A stretch of 64,000 nucleotides of DNA, from the NCBI GenBank assembly GCA_963823665.1, contig CAWGMQ010000008.1, positions 1,472,001 to 1,536,000 on the forward strand, read 5' to 3'. Below the pieces are notes generated by a model. The model was given only the letters and a program-made list of their open reading frames with translations. It ran no database searches and had not been told where the DNA came from. Origin of the DNA: an uncultured Planctomycetota bacterium. GTDB lineage: Bacteria; Planctomycetota; Planctomycetia; Isosphaerales; Isosphaeraceae. This document shows, piece by piece, positions 10,825 through 20,588 of the stretch; positions within the stretch are counted from its first letter, which is position 1; every line of letters starts with the position of its first letter. A program made the position numbers and the translations under genes.

Positions 10825-11367
10825 ATACCCGCGTACTCACGCCAAAAAATCAACCGGTACTTGAGAACAGCAGATACCGCCAGCACAAACGACGAAAGAG
10901 GCGAAGTATTCGAAACTCTAGTTTCTTATCTGTTCTCGAAGATACCGGGGGTCCCCCAGATCAGGCGAAATTCGACAAGCGTCTTTCGGTCCGAGGAACT
11001 CGACCTGGTCATTTGGAATGACAAGCATCCAAGGGGCCTGATCTCATTAAGTACGTGGATTCCAGTGGAATGTAAGAGTAGCCACAATCCAATTGGAAGC
11101 CACGAACTTCAGGCTTTTATCTCGAAGGTCGAGCGGAGGGCGTTGGACTTCGGCATCCTCGTCGCGTGGCACGGGATCACGGGAAATGCAGAAGCCTTGA
11201 CCGGCGCGCACGATCACGCTTCTGTCGCGCTAACCAAGGGTATCCGCATCATCGTCATCACCCGACAGGATATCGAAAATCTGGCTTCGACTGACGATTT
11301 GGTGGGGCTTATCCGCACGAGATTGTGTGACTTAATTATTAAGAGAAGCCCGCTGATTCTCGGTTAG
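10825..11367 (+). CDS. Mrr-like restriction endonuclease (PD-(D/E)xK)
   Basis: RGEVFETLVSYLF, EELDLVIW, VECK, IGSHELQAF, FGILVA motifs; frame is open from ATA at 10825, first standard start is TTG at 10861. Confidence 0.8.
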   Translation: MPAYSRQKINRYLRTADTASTNDERGEVFETLVSYLFSKIPGVPQIRRNSTSVFRSEELDLVIWNDKHPRGLISLSTWIPVECKSSHNPIGSHELQAFISKVERRALDFGILVAWHGITGNAEALTGAHDHASVALTKGIRIIVITRQDIENLASTDDLVGLIRTRLCDLIIKRSPLILG

Positions 11368-11584
11368 TCGTAACTTTGATTCGACGCTCAGCGACCGGCG
11401 GCCGGTGGCCCGATTCCCAGCACGATAAAAACCCCGTCGTTTCTCGGACTCTCGCAAAACAGCACGCTCATCGAAAACACTCTGACGACCTGCGACAGTG
11501 GATGACCACAATGATCCTCGCATACTCGCTGCGTTCCTTCGCTCGCCCGTAGAGCAAGAAGGCTCCGCTCGACCCCATCGCACT

Positions 11585-11684
11585 GTTCGGCGCGGGTCTC
11601 TGACGCCGCCACACCCCCGACCGAAGGTCTCCGACCGTTCGGCGCGGGTCTCTGACCCCGCCGCACCCCCGACCGAAGGTCTCC
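11585..11684. repeat. Tandem pair of ~48-bp REP-like units
   Basis: gttcggcgcgggtctctgac(g/c)ccgcc(a/g)cacccccgaccgaaggtctcc twice, period 52, between convergent genes. Confidence 0.85.
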
Positions 11685-11723
11685 AATACACTCGAAGCCA
11701 CCCGCTCTACACCGCCCTTCGCG

Positions 11724-12479
11724 TCAACGATTTTCACTGAGCCACACGCGAAGCTCTTCGGCCGAGTTGATGACGCGTTCCTTCTCCAACAGTCCGTCAG
11801 GTATCTCTTCCGGATTCGACCCCGTTGGCCGTCCCGTGGCCTTATTCACGACCCACCCGGTCTTGGGCGTTCGCACGTAGCCCTTGAAGAGCGACCTTTG
11901 GTCGCGCCCGAGGATTGCCGCCACGGCCCCGAACGTCGCCCTCTGATGATGTCGTTCGAGTGCGTCGAGAATTCCATCGAGCGTCAGTACCGGAGAATAG
12001 TCCTTCGTCTTGGGATCATCAGCCCGACGCGGCGAAGAACTCTCGAACTTGCGCGGGACGATCTCGGCTTTCTGCTTGGGCGGATCGATCTGAGCCACCG
12101 GCAATCGCTCCCCCTTCCCCGGGACGATCTCAACCACGACCCGTTCGGGCACGCGCGGCGGTGACTGCTCGTCACTGCGCTTCGACAGCCAGACCGTGAC
12201 GAGCACGGTGAGAATCGTCCCAGCCAGACCGATCATTGCTGCGAGAACGGTCGGCTCACCTAACCAACGCGGAAGTGTTCGTAGTGCCGTCTTCCGGGTG
12301 ACCGCATTCGAGGTGAACTCCGACGGGTAAGAGGATATGACCACCCGTCTTACCTCCGCTCGCCACATCGCGATCCTTTTTGTCTCATCTCGGACCTGTG
12401 GAAAAGCTAAAGCAAAGTAGCCGGGGCCTGGTGTACCGAGGTCCCCATCGGGCGCCCGTCGAACAACAATCGCCGTCAA
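11724..12479 (-). CDS. Hypothetical membrane-anchored protein (true start probably further downstream)
   Basis: TM helix (VLAAMIGLAGTILTVLVTVWL), Pro-rich linker, compact C-terminal domain QRATFGAVA...WVVNKATGRPTG. Confidence 0.55.
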   Translation of the reverse strand: MTAIVVRRAPDGDLGTPGPGYFALAFPQVRDETKRIAMWRAEVRRVVISSYPSEFTSNAVTRKTALRTLPRWLGEPTVLAAMIGLAGTILTVLVTVWLSKRSDEQSPPRVPERVVVEIVPGKGERLPVAQIDPPKQKAEIVPRKFESSSPRRADDPKTKDYSPVLTLDGILDALERHHQRATFGAVAAILGRDQRSLFKGYVRTPKTGWVVNKATGRPTGSNPEEIPDGLLEKERVINSAEELRVWLSENR

Positions 12480-12663
12480 CGTCGGCAGCGGTGGAGTGCT
12501 GCCCTGACATTCGCGGCTGATCCACCAAGCGCCTCGAACAACCGTTCGTCATTCGCCCTGAGGTCTGTGTATGGCGGCGACAAGGGCTGCAAAGCCCGCA
12601 CGAGATCGCCGTTGGAGATCAATGGATCGCGAAGGCTTCATCACTAACCACCGCCGCGCTCGC

Positions 12664-14000
12664 CTATTTCGGCACCGGCGTGGGCTGCTGGCCTTGCTTC
12701 TGCAAAGGCGCGGCCTTCCTCGTGCTGGCTTCCTTTTCCAGGTATTTGAGCCACTCTTTGTATTGCGGCGATTTGACAAAACGCGCGTAGTCGGGCACCG
12801 TGGTCAGGTCCATGAACGTCATGCCGAGCGTTTCATGGATCCTCTTGAGCCACGCCAGGGTTCTCATCGTCTAGATCGTCCTTGAGTGAAAGGCCAATGT
12901 GCAAAAAATAGGCCGGCTTGAACGTGGGCTCCTGTTCGACGACCAGCTTGCACAGCCGCTTGGCATCCGCGTGATCGCCGCGCTCCGTGGCGAGCGAAGC
13001 ACGCATGTAATTAAGATAGGGATCGCCGCCCACCAACTTGTCCAGCCGGTCGTAGCACTTCAGCACTTCCTCGGGCTTCTTGGTGAGGAAATAGTAATCG
13101 ATCAACTGCAAATCGAGGCAGGGATCGTTCGGAAATAGCGACCGGAATTCCTCGAGTGTCGCCAGATACACGTTTTGATCGGCTTCCTGCGCGGCCTGAG
13201 TCCGCAGCAGCATCACCATCTTCGCCTTCTTGGTCCCCGGCCGAAGCTCATCGAGCATTCGCAGCGCGTCTTTCTTTCTCCCCTGCGCCATCGCCTCGGA
13301 GATCGGCTGGATCTTGGGTAGGTCGAGAACGAAGTCCTGTTCCTTGCTCACAAGCTTCTCGAGAAACGAACGCGACTGCGAGGCGGCGGCGGGAAGAAGC
13401 GCGCGATGAACCGATTCGGTGAAGAACTCCCCTGTGGCATAAAGGTAGAGGTCGCTGGCGCGGATCTTGTGGTCCGGGCCTTGCTTTACGATGAACTCGA
13501 TATAGTTCACGCCTCGGCTCGCGGGGCCGAGCAATCGAAACATGACCACTTGCCGTCCGTGGCTGATCCGGGTCCGGAGAAAGTCGAATTGGCCGCCTGC
13601 CTTGGTATTCTGAATGAGTGAATCCGCGAAACCCACGTTAAGGGCCAACGCCTGCCTCATTTCCCGGATCCAGCCCGACACGACATTTGGAGGAGCGCCA
13701 AGATTTGCCGTCGCGGTCGCAAAGATCGCCTCCCAATCAATGAGCGAGTTCAAGGCTGTTTTATTTCCGGATGCAACAGCCTTCACGACTTCGCTCGCAT
13801 ACTGTTGACAGTCCTTCTCCGCGATCAGTTCCACCCGGGTTCTCGTTCGGGGCCGCCGGCAGACCGGCGGCCGCTTTCGGCGCAGTCGCAACCTCGGATT
13901 TCGGCTGCCCGCATCCCGGAAAGCCGGCAAACGCGACAGCTAGCAAACGAAGCATGAGCCGATTAGACCATCTTCCGCAGCGCACGAGCTCACCTCTCAA
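12664..14000 (-). CDS. TPR-containing lipoprotein (frameshifts near 13870 and 12870)
   Basis: Lipobox-like FAGFPGC in 13761..14000, core in 12833..13930, C-terminus in 12664..12867. Confidence 0.65.
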
Positions 14001-16284
14001 TCCTCTGAATCACCTGCCCATTCTGCCCGTTCCAGATAAACAGCACGCTATCCGCCCCGCCCGCGGCGATGCGTGACCCATCGACCGATGCAGCCACACT
14101 GTACACGTAATCGCCCGCACCGCCAAAGCCGCGGGCGATCCCCCCGTTATCGGGGTTCCAGATGCGCACCTGAGTATCCCCAGACGCTCCCACCACCTCC
14201 GGCTTGCCCGCAATCCAGCGCACCGAAGTCACCTGCTTGCCCGCCGCCTGAAGTGTGCGAAGCTGGTCGCCCGACTGGAAATCCCAAACCTTGAGCACAT
14301 TGTCGCCACCGCCGGTCACCAGCTCCTTCCCATCCGATTTCCAGTCCACCGCCAGGACGTGGTGTGTGTGCCCTTCGTACGAGCGCAGCAGATTGCCGTC
14401 AGCAATATTCGTGACCTTCAAGAACTTATCCGCCGAGGCCGACGCGAGCTTCGTTCCATCCGGGCTGAAGCGGACCGAGAAGACCGTGTCGGAGTGAAGC
14501 AATGGCCACGACCGCCCGAGAAGTCCCTTGCCCACCTCCCACATCTTGACCTCACCCGAACGCGACGCATCCCCGCCGCCGGCGGCAATCAGACCGCCGT
14601 CCGGGCTGAAGTCGAGCGCCAGCACCCGCGAAACATGCGGACCCAGCGTCTTGTGCAGCGTCCAGACTCCGTCGAAACTCCACGTCTTCAGCGTGCCGTC
14701 GGCCGATGCCGAAACGATTGACCCCGCATCACGGAAGACAACTTTCTGAAGCGGCTGAATCGCAGCCCCGCCTGGCGCCGTGTGCCCGAATGCGATCACG
14801 CCCAGCCCCGTTGCGGTTTCCCACACCTTCAGGCCGCCCTTCGCGTCGCCGGTGACGATTCGATCGCCCCTGGGCGAGAACGCGACACTCCGCACCGGAG
14901 CATTGTGGCTGCCAAGCGTTCGAATCACCTTCCCGTCCAATCGCGCGATCAGCCGGGCGGTCTTGTCGGCGGAACCCGTCAAGATCGTCTGCCCGTCCGG
15001 GCTGACTGCGACGGTAAGTACAGGCCCCGCGTGACCGGTCGCCAGCGCAGCACCCTGCGCTTTGCCATCGGTCACGCCCCAGAGTCGAACGGTCCCGTCA
15101 TCGCCGCCGGTGACAATGGTGTGCCCGTCAGGCGAAAGCGCGAGCGCTCGCACCGCTCCCTTGTGACCGGAGAGCACGAGCGGTGACTTCGGCGAGGTCG
15201 TCACGCCCCAGATGCGCACTTTGCCGTCTTCGGAGGCCGAAGCAATCCGTGGGGCGGACACAGAGCTCGCGAGGACCGCCAGGTCTGTTACAGCAGCCGT
15301 GTGCCCGCGCAGCACCAGACGCTCGCGGCCATCAGCAGCATCGAGCCATCGAATGTTTCCATCCAGGGCGCCCGAGAATAGCGTCGTCCCGCCGGCGGCA
15401 ATCGCCAGCGCCGTGACAGGCGTCGTCCCGCTCAACGTCCGAAGCATTTTGCCCTCGGCAAGATTCCACACGCGGATGGTCTTGTCCTGGCCTCCCGAGT
15501 AGGCCGAGAGACGGTCCGGCGCGACAGCGAGTGAAAGAACCGCTCCGGCGTGGCCGGCCATGGTTTTCGCTAAAAGCCCCGTCGGGACAGTCCAGATCGT
15601 GACGATCTGATAGCTTCCCGCGGCCAGATACCGGCTGTCGGGGCTATATCGCAAGGATTGAATCAGGTCCTTATGGCCTCCCAGCGACACGATCTCGAGC
15701 CCGGAGTCGACGTCATAGACTTGCACGGCATTTGCACGCCCGGCGGCGACACGCGTGCCGTCCGAAGTCATATCCACCGCATTGATCGGCTGCACGCCCG
15801 GCGGAAGATCGCCGAGCACGATCGTTTTGGGCGCCGCATTCCGGGGCTCGCCCTCGGTGGAATCATCGATCGCGCCCTGGTCGATCCACAACTTCAAAAG
15901 GCCGAGCTCGACCGGAGTCATCGGCTTGTTGGCCGGTTTGTCTTCCGGTGGCATCAAAGGAGCGACTCGGTGTGCGGCCATTTTGAACATCAGGCTCTCG
16001 TCCGCCTTTCCGCGCACAATCGCCGGCCCGCGCTTCCCTCCCTTCAGCATGCCCGCGACCGATTCAAGACTCAGCCCCTTCTCCGGGAGCACGGAGCCGT
16101 GGCATCCGGTGCACTTGTCCTCGAGCAGCTCGACAATCTCCTTGGAATAGCTGACCGGTTCCTTACGGCTGGAGACTTTTACTTCAATGGGCTTGAGATC
16201 CGACTTTGGCGCGGTCTGCGCGAACGCGGTGACTAAGGTGATACAAATCGCGATTCCAGCGGCGAGACCTGGTAAACGATTCAT
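13990..16284 (-). CDS. Planctomycete cytochrome c domain plus WD40 repeat protein
   Basis: Signal peptide, CTGCH heme motif, MPP...LWIDQGA, more than 10 WD40 repeats. Confidence 0.92.
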   Translation of the reverse strand: MNRLPGLAAGIAICITLVTAFAQTAPKSDLKPIEVKVSSRKEPVSYSKEIVELLEDKCTGCHGSVLPEKGLSLESVAGMLKGGKRGPAIVRGKADESLMFKMAAHRVAPLMPPEDKPANKPMTPVELGLLKLWIDQGAIDDSTEGEPRNAAPKTIVLGDLPPGVQPINAVDMTSDGTRVAAGRANAVQVYDVDSGLEIVSLGGHKDLIQSLRYSPDSRYLAAGSYQIVTIWTVPTGLLAKTMAGHAGAVLSLAVAPDRLSAYSGGQDKTIRVWNLAEGKMLRTLSGTTPVTALAIAAGGTTLFSGALDGNIRWLDAADGRERLVLRGHTAAVTDLAVLASSVSAPRIASASEDGKVRIWGVTTSPKSPLVLSGHKGAVRALALSPDGHTIVTGGDDGTVRLWGVTDGKAQGAALATGHAGPVLTVAVSPDGQTILTGSADKTARLIARLDGKVIRTLGSHNAPVRSVAFSPRGDRIVTGDAKGGLKVWETATGLGVIAFGHTAPGGAAIQPLQKVVFRDAGSIVSASADGTLKTWSFDGVWTLHKTLGPHVSRVLALDFSPDGGLIAAGGGDASRSGEVKMWEVGKGLLGRSWPLLHSDTVFSVRFSPDGTKLASASADKFLKVTNIADGNLLRSYEGHTHHVLAVDWKSDGKELVTGGGDNVLKVWDFQSGDQLRTLQAAGKQVTSVRWIAGKPEVVGASGDTQVRIWNPDNGGIARGFGGAGDYVYSVAASVDGSRIAAGGADSVLFIWNGQNGQVIQRIER

Positions 16285-16396
16285 ACGGTTTTCACTCGAT
16301 GCCAGACGCTCGTTTCGCGTGCTCGTCGAAAGAAAGTTGGCCAGCTTCGTCGAACCCGTAGCTTGCTATGCCAGCGTACCCCAGCTGCCGAGGACT

Positions 16397-16893
16397 TCAA
16401 ACCGACGTGTAGCGCATCAGCCAAGGCACCCGATCTCCGCATCCTCGCTTGCCAACTTTGTCAGCCGCTGTTGTTTCATCGTGGCGATGATAACAGCGTC
16501 GCCGGTCAACAGCCCGAATTGCTGACTTTAGTTTGCCGCGTTGAGCACGAGGTCCACACTTAGCGGAAGGACCTGTATGCCAAGTTGTGCGACGGTCACA
16601 ACTGCTTGTTGATAGAGGCTGAGATTGGGGATCTCAACGTAGTGTTTCTTGAGGCGCGCTGCCAATCGGGAAATAGGCCAACCGAGGCGCCCCATGGCTT
16701 CGATTGTCATGACACGATGCGCGACATCGGCCAGGCAGTGTGCTGAGGTTGAGCCCTCGATCTCGTTGAGTTCAATCCGCTCCACCAACGCGGTGCATGC
16801 CGCACCGAACTTGTCGTGGTTCGTGAAGTGATAGACGAGAGTATTCGCGTCGACAAATACCGCGTCGCCCCTCTGAATATCAGCAAAGGTCAT
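16397..16893 (-). pseudogene. vapC: VapC/PIN toxin, inactivated
   Basis: VFVDANTLVYHF start; in-frame TAA at 16528-16530 followed by SQQFGLLTGDAVIIATM..LASEDA, then a frameshift before DRVPWLMRY. Confidence 0.8.
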
Positions 16894-17102
16894 GGCGACC
16901 CCAACATACCGACATCCGGGTCGCGAAGTGCGCTCTCAAGTGATTCGGCATCGCCGGCCCATGGCACCATCCCGGCCGTTCTTCTCGCCAGGCTGGTTGC
17001 CGGCCGAACTGTAATTGTGACCTTTTCATGTTCCTTGAACGGCAAGGGTTCGATGGGTTTGAGCACGCCGTTCTCGTAGATGGCCTCGACGGTCAAAGTC
17101 AT
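16890..17102 (-). CDS. Antitoxin, AF2212/DUF104 family
   Basis: MTLTVEAIYENGVLKPIEPLPFKEHEKVTITV; ATGA overlap with the PIN gene. Confidence 0.88.
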   Translation of the reverse strand: MTLTVEAIYENGVLKPIEPLPFKEHEKVTITVRPATSLARRTAGMVPWAGDAESLESALRDPDVGMLGSP

Positions 17103-17198
17103 GCGTTCGGCTCCGGAACCACAATCGATCCTATTGCATTGAATATACCGCCAAAGCAGGCTCCCGCCAACTGCGGCTATCGAGGGATTTGGCGCTGC

Positions 17199-19745
17199 CT
17201 ACTTATCAATCACCACCCCCACCGGCTCATCCGCTTCAATCACTTCCCCCTTGATGCTCGCCGCCGCGCGCACGACCACCGGAATGGCATTCCCCGGAGG
17301 GCTATCCTTCGCGGCCTGGATCACCATTTTCGCCTCCGACTGGGCCGCATCGACCGAAACAGGTGCCGCACGGAGCCTCAGCGCCTCACCCGAGACCAGC
17401 GACAGCGAGATCGGCCCGGTGCATCCGTTCTGGCGAACGATCTTCACCTCGATCTCGAGCGAGCCGCCCTGCTTCAAATTGCCGCCTTTGTTGTTCACAG
17501 TCATGTTCACCGGTGCCGGACGCACCAGCACCGTGATCGGATTTGATGGCTCGATCAGGTTGATACTCGGCTTCTCCTTCGCCTTGGGATCCTTGTTGAA
17601 CGGATAAGCACCCGTACCGCGGAGGACAAACGTGTAAATACCCGGCGCCAGATTCTTGCCCATGAAGAAGGGGAAGAGCCCCGTCTTGGCCTCCTTGGCG
17701 ATTGGGACTGGGCAGGCCAGCGTCTCCGGAGGCAAGTCAGTCGCCGCAACCGAAACCGTTTCCGTGAAGCCCGCGCGGCGGGTCACGCTCACGTTCAGGT
17801 AGCAGAGCCGGCCTTGTGAAAGGACGATCGAGTCGGGCGCAGCGGTGAGGGCCAGAGCCGCCGGCTCGCCACGAACGGCGATCACAAACCCGTTTGAGAC
17901 CCGGGCCGGCGCGACTGCCGGCGCCGTCGGGCTCGGCGGCCAGATCATGCCGCCCGCGATGGCGATGCGCTCGAGCGATGGCCCCTGCGGCGAGACACCA
18001 GCAAGGAATTGAAGGTCGTCCTTGCGATCGCCGAACCGGCTCAGGCCGGCCATCGTCACTGTTCCCACCGCGTTCTGCGCATTCTCGGCGGCTTCGAACA
18101 CGATTGGCGCAATCACCTGATTGGCCCCGATCGTCACCCGAGCGGCGCTGACACCCGGCGGAAGCTCACGGGCCTCGACTCGAATGGGTCCGGCAAATCC
18201 ATCTCGGCGGATCGCCGCGACATACGCCGGCGTTCGCCCGCCCGCCCGAATTGTGACCGCGTCGGCACCGGCCGGACTGTTCGGCAGAAGAACAACGGAA
18301 AAGTCCGGTTGCTCGCGGCGAATCACCAGGCGATACACGAGCCGTGGATGTCCACGCTGAGAGGAATACAAGTCCGATATCAAGATCTGGTACAGCCCGT
18401 CTTCAGGCACCTGCCAGCGCACGGCGGCGTCGACGGTCTGCGTGTTGAATCGCGGGCCGGCCCCGGCATCCGGCAGGTCGTCGCCACTGGCGAGGTCCTG
18501 CGGCGGCTGCCCCTTGGCTCCCACTTTCTGGATCAGGAACGCCGGGTCGGCCATCGACCCGATCCGATCGGCCAGCGCCTCGATCCACCAGATCTCCCCC
18601 TTCTTGCCCTCGAATCGAAAGAGGTCGTTGTCGCCGCGCGGAGCAAATGTTCCGCTGATGTCGCACGGCGGAACAACCCTTTGCGCATGCGCATCATCAT
18701 CGTTCGGCTCGTGCTCGAGCACGACTGGGTTCATCGACCTCGCGACAAACAGCCGGTTCGACACCACGGGCATCGCCCCCGACGAGTTGATCCGCACGAA
18801 CCCGATAGCGACGCCCAGCCGCGGCACGGGTGCAGCCGGTGCGACAAAACTCCGCGCGGCCGCCGCGGAATCGCCCCCAAGAAGGGCCGCGTCGCGAATC
18901 GCCTGCGGCAATCTCAAACGCTCGAACTTATGGCCATCGGTTGCCAGCAGCGGGTCGACGAGAGCGCCCGGGCCCAAGCCCCGGCCGATCAACGTGAACT
19001 CCGGCGCCGCCCCGGGCCCGACTGCCGCCGGAAGCACCGCATCAAGCTGCGGCCCGTCATGAACAGTCAGACGATAGACGTGGTCGGGCGACCCTGCGAA
19101 GGTGGCGTCATGCACCTTGATGACGTACCGGCCGTCCGCCGGCAACGTCACGTCGAGGAACGGGTCGAGTCCGAAGACATCACGACTCTCCGCGAGCTCG
19201 GTCCCCGCGGGCGTCAAGATGCGGAGCGTCGCATCCAGCCGGCTGTCGATCCGTTCGGCCTCCAGATCAAAAAACAGCCGCTGACCTTTCTTGCCCTCGA
19301 GCGAGAAACAGTCGACGTCGGTTCTGCCATTGATCTCGCCGTGGATCACCGAGTTGACGAGGATCACGCCGGCCTGCTCGGGTGCGTTGTTCGGCTCAAT
19401 CTCGATTGATTCCGGCCGGTCGCCCACGACGATCGTCCGCGGGTTGCTCACGCCGTACGTTCCGATCGCCCGCAGGTCGTGATGCCCCAGCGGCACATCC
19501 GGCCCGGCCGAGATCCGGAAGGTCAGGTCCTTGACATGGACAGCATGGAGTCCCGGATGATCGAACCAGAGCCCGCTTGCCCCTTCCAGATCCGTTCCGC
19601 GCAGCGTGAGCTCGGCCGTCTCACCCGCGCGCACCCCGGGTCGCGACACACTGTTCAGCCGCGCCTGCGGATATTGAGCGAGGGCAACCGGTGAAAGCAC
19701 GGCGGAAGCCACCGCCCATTGCATCACAATCGCCAGCCTGCGCAC
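17199..19745 (-). CDS. PPC (pre-peptidase C-terminal) domain secreted protein
   Basis: Signal peptide, GVSNPR, EIEPNN, DVDCFSLEGKKGQ, SRLDA, LPADGRYVIKVHD; second EHEPND repeat. Confidence 0.88.
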   Translation of the reverse strand: MRRLAIVMQWAVASAVLSPVALAQYPQARLNSVSRPGVRAGETAELTLRGTDLEGASGLWFDHPGLHAVHVKDLTFRISAGPDVPLGHHDLRAIGTYGVSNPRTIVVGDRPESIEIEPNNAPEQAGVILVNSVIHGEINGRTDVDCFSLEGKKGQRLFFDLEAERIDSRLDATLRILTPAGTELAESRDVFGLDPFLDVTLPADGRYVIKVHDATFAGSPDHVYRLTVHDGPQLDAVLPAAVGPGAAPEFTLIGRGLGPGALVDPLLATDGHKFERLRLPQAIRDAALLGGDSAAAARSFVAPAAPVPRLGVAIGFVRINSSGAMPVVSNRLFVARSMNPVVLEHEPNDDDAHAQRVVPPCDISGTFAPRGDNDLFRFEGKKGEIWWIEALADRIGSMADPAFLIQKVGAKGQPPQDLASGDDLPDAGAGPRFNTQTVDAAVRWQVPEDGLYQILISDLYSSQRGHPRLVYRLVIRREQPDFSVVLLPNSPAGADAVTIRAGGRTPAYVAAIRRDGFAGPIRVEARELPPGVSAARVTIGANQVIAPIVFEAAENAQNAVGTVTMAGLSRFGDRKDDLQFLAGVSPQGPSLERIAIAGGMIWPPSPTAPAVAPARVSNGFVIAVRGEPAALALTAAPDSIVLSQGRLCYLNVSVTRRAGFTETVSVAATDLPPETLACPVPIAKEAKTGLFPFFMGKNLAPGIYTFVLRGTGAYPFNKDPKAKEKPSINLIEPSNPITVLVRPAPVNMTVNNKGGNLKQGGSLEIEVKIVRQNGCTGPISLSLVSGEALRLRAAPVSVDAAQSEAKMVIQAAKDSPPGNAIPVVVRAAASIKGEVIEADEPVGVVIDK

Positions 19746-19774
19746 CCGGCGATCGATGGCTCACGTTCGACATT

Positions 19775-20329
19775 TCACGGATCGCTCGGTCGCACAGGTC
19801 GTGAGGCCAGTCCGGCGGGCTGTGCGGCTCCCGGCTTGGTCGAGCCCGATTTCTTCCGACTGGCCGTTCGCGGCTTTGTCCGCGCCCGAGGGCCGTCGAG
19901 GCTCACCATCGACTTTACAGCCGGGCGCCGGCCGGCCGGAAGTTCAAAATAGGGCCCGATCTGCTCGAGCGTGACTGCGCCGAGCCCGCGCACCCTCGCG
20001 CGTGCGTCTTCCAGTGATTCGAACGGCCGGTCCTCTCGCGCCTTGACCCATCGATCCACCAATGCCGCGCCGACGTGCGGCAATGCGGTCAGCACCTGCG
20101 GCGGAACCGTGTTCGGATCGAGCCGCAGTCCAGGCACTGGGACGACAACCGTGTTTCGAGACGGTTGCGCGGCTCCGCCGCCGAAGCCCAGCCCCAGCGC
20201 TGCCGCGATCACCGCCGCCAGCAACACGAATCGCGCCTTGATCAGCGGGCCGGCAAACTGGCCGGCCTCCGCGCATCCCGGACGTGCTGATACTCGATTT
20301 TGTGGACGCGGGTCCACCATGCTGCACAT
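19775..20329 (-). CDS. ComEA-like helix-hairpin-helix DNA-binding protein
   Basis: LDPNT...LTALPHVGAALV...RPFESLED...RVRGLGAVTLEQI; N-terminal TM helix, basic tail. Confidence 0.85.
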   Translation of the reverse strand: MCSMVDPRPQNRVSARPGCAEAGQFAGPLIKARFVLLAAVIAAALGLGFGGGAAQPSRNTVVVPVPGLRLDPNTVPPQVLTALPHVGAALVDRWVKAREDRPFESLEDARARVRGLGAVTLEQIGPYFELPAGRRPAVKSMVSLDGPRARTKPRTASRKKSGSTKPGAAQPAGLASRPVRPSDP

Positions 20330-20442
20330 GCGTTTCGTAAAGCACGAAGCTATTTGATGTTACGTCATGTCGGCGTAGCCAGGTTCAGAGTACAATCGCG
20401 ATGGGTCTTGATCAAGCAGCAGGGGCTGCGGTTTACGCGCGG

Positions 20443-20563
20443 CCAAGGGCTGAAAGCCCGTGGCTATTAACCGATGCCCCCTTGGGGCATAATCTAAGTC
20501 ACGCAACATCAGAGAGCGCCAGCGAGGCACCGCTCCTGACACCAACCCGAAGCGCTAGCGAGG
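20443..20563. repeat. Cluster of REP-like palindromes
   Basis: gggc-tgaaa-gccc and atgcccc-ctt-ggggcat hairpins, plus two agcgc(c/t)agcgagg units. Confidence 0.55.
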
Positions 20564-20588
20564 AAACGCACCTCAAGGAGTCGCATCC

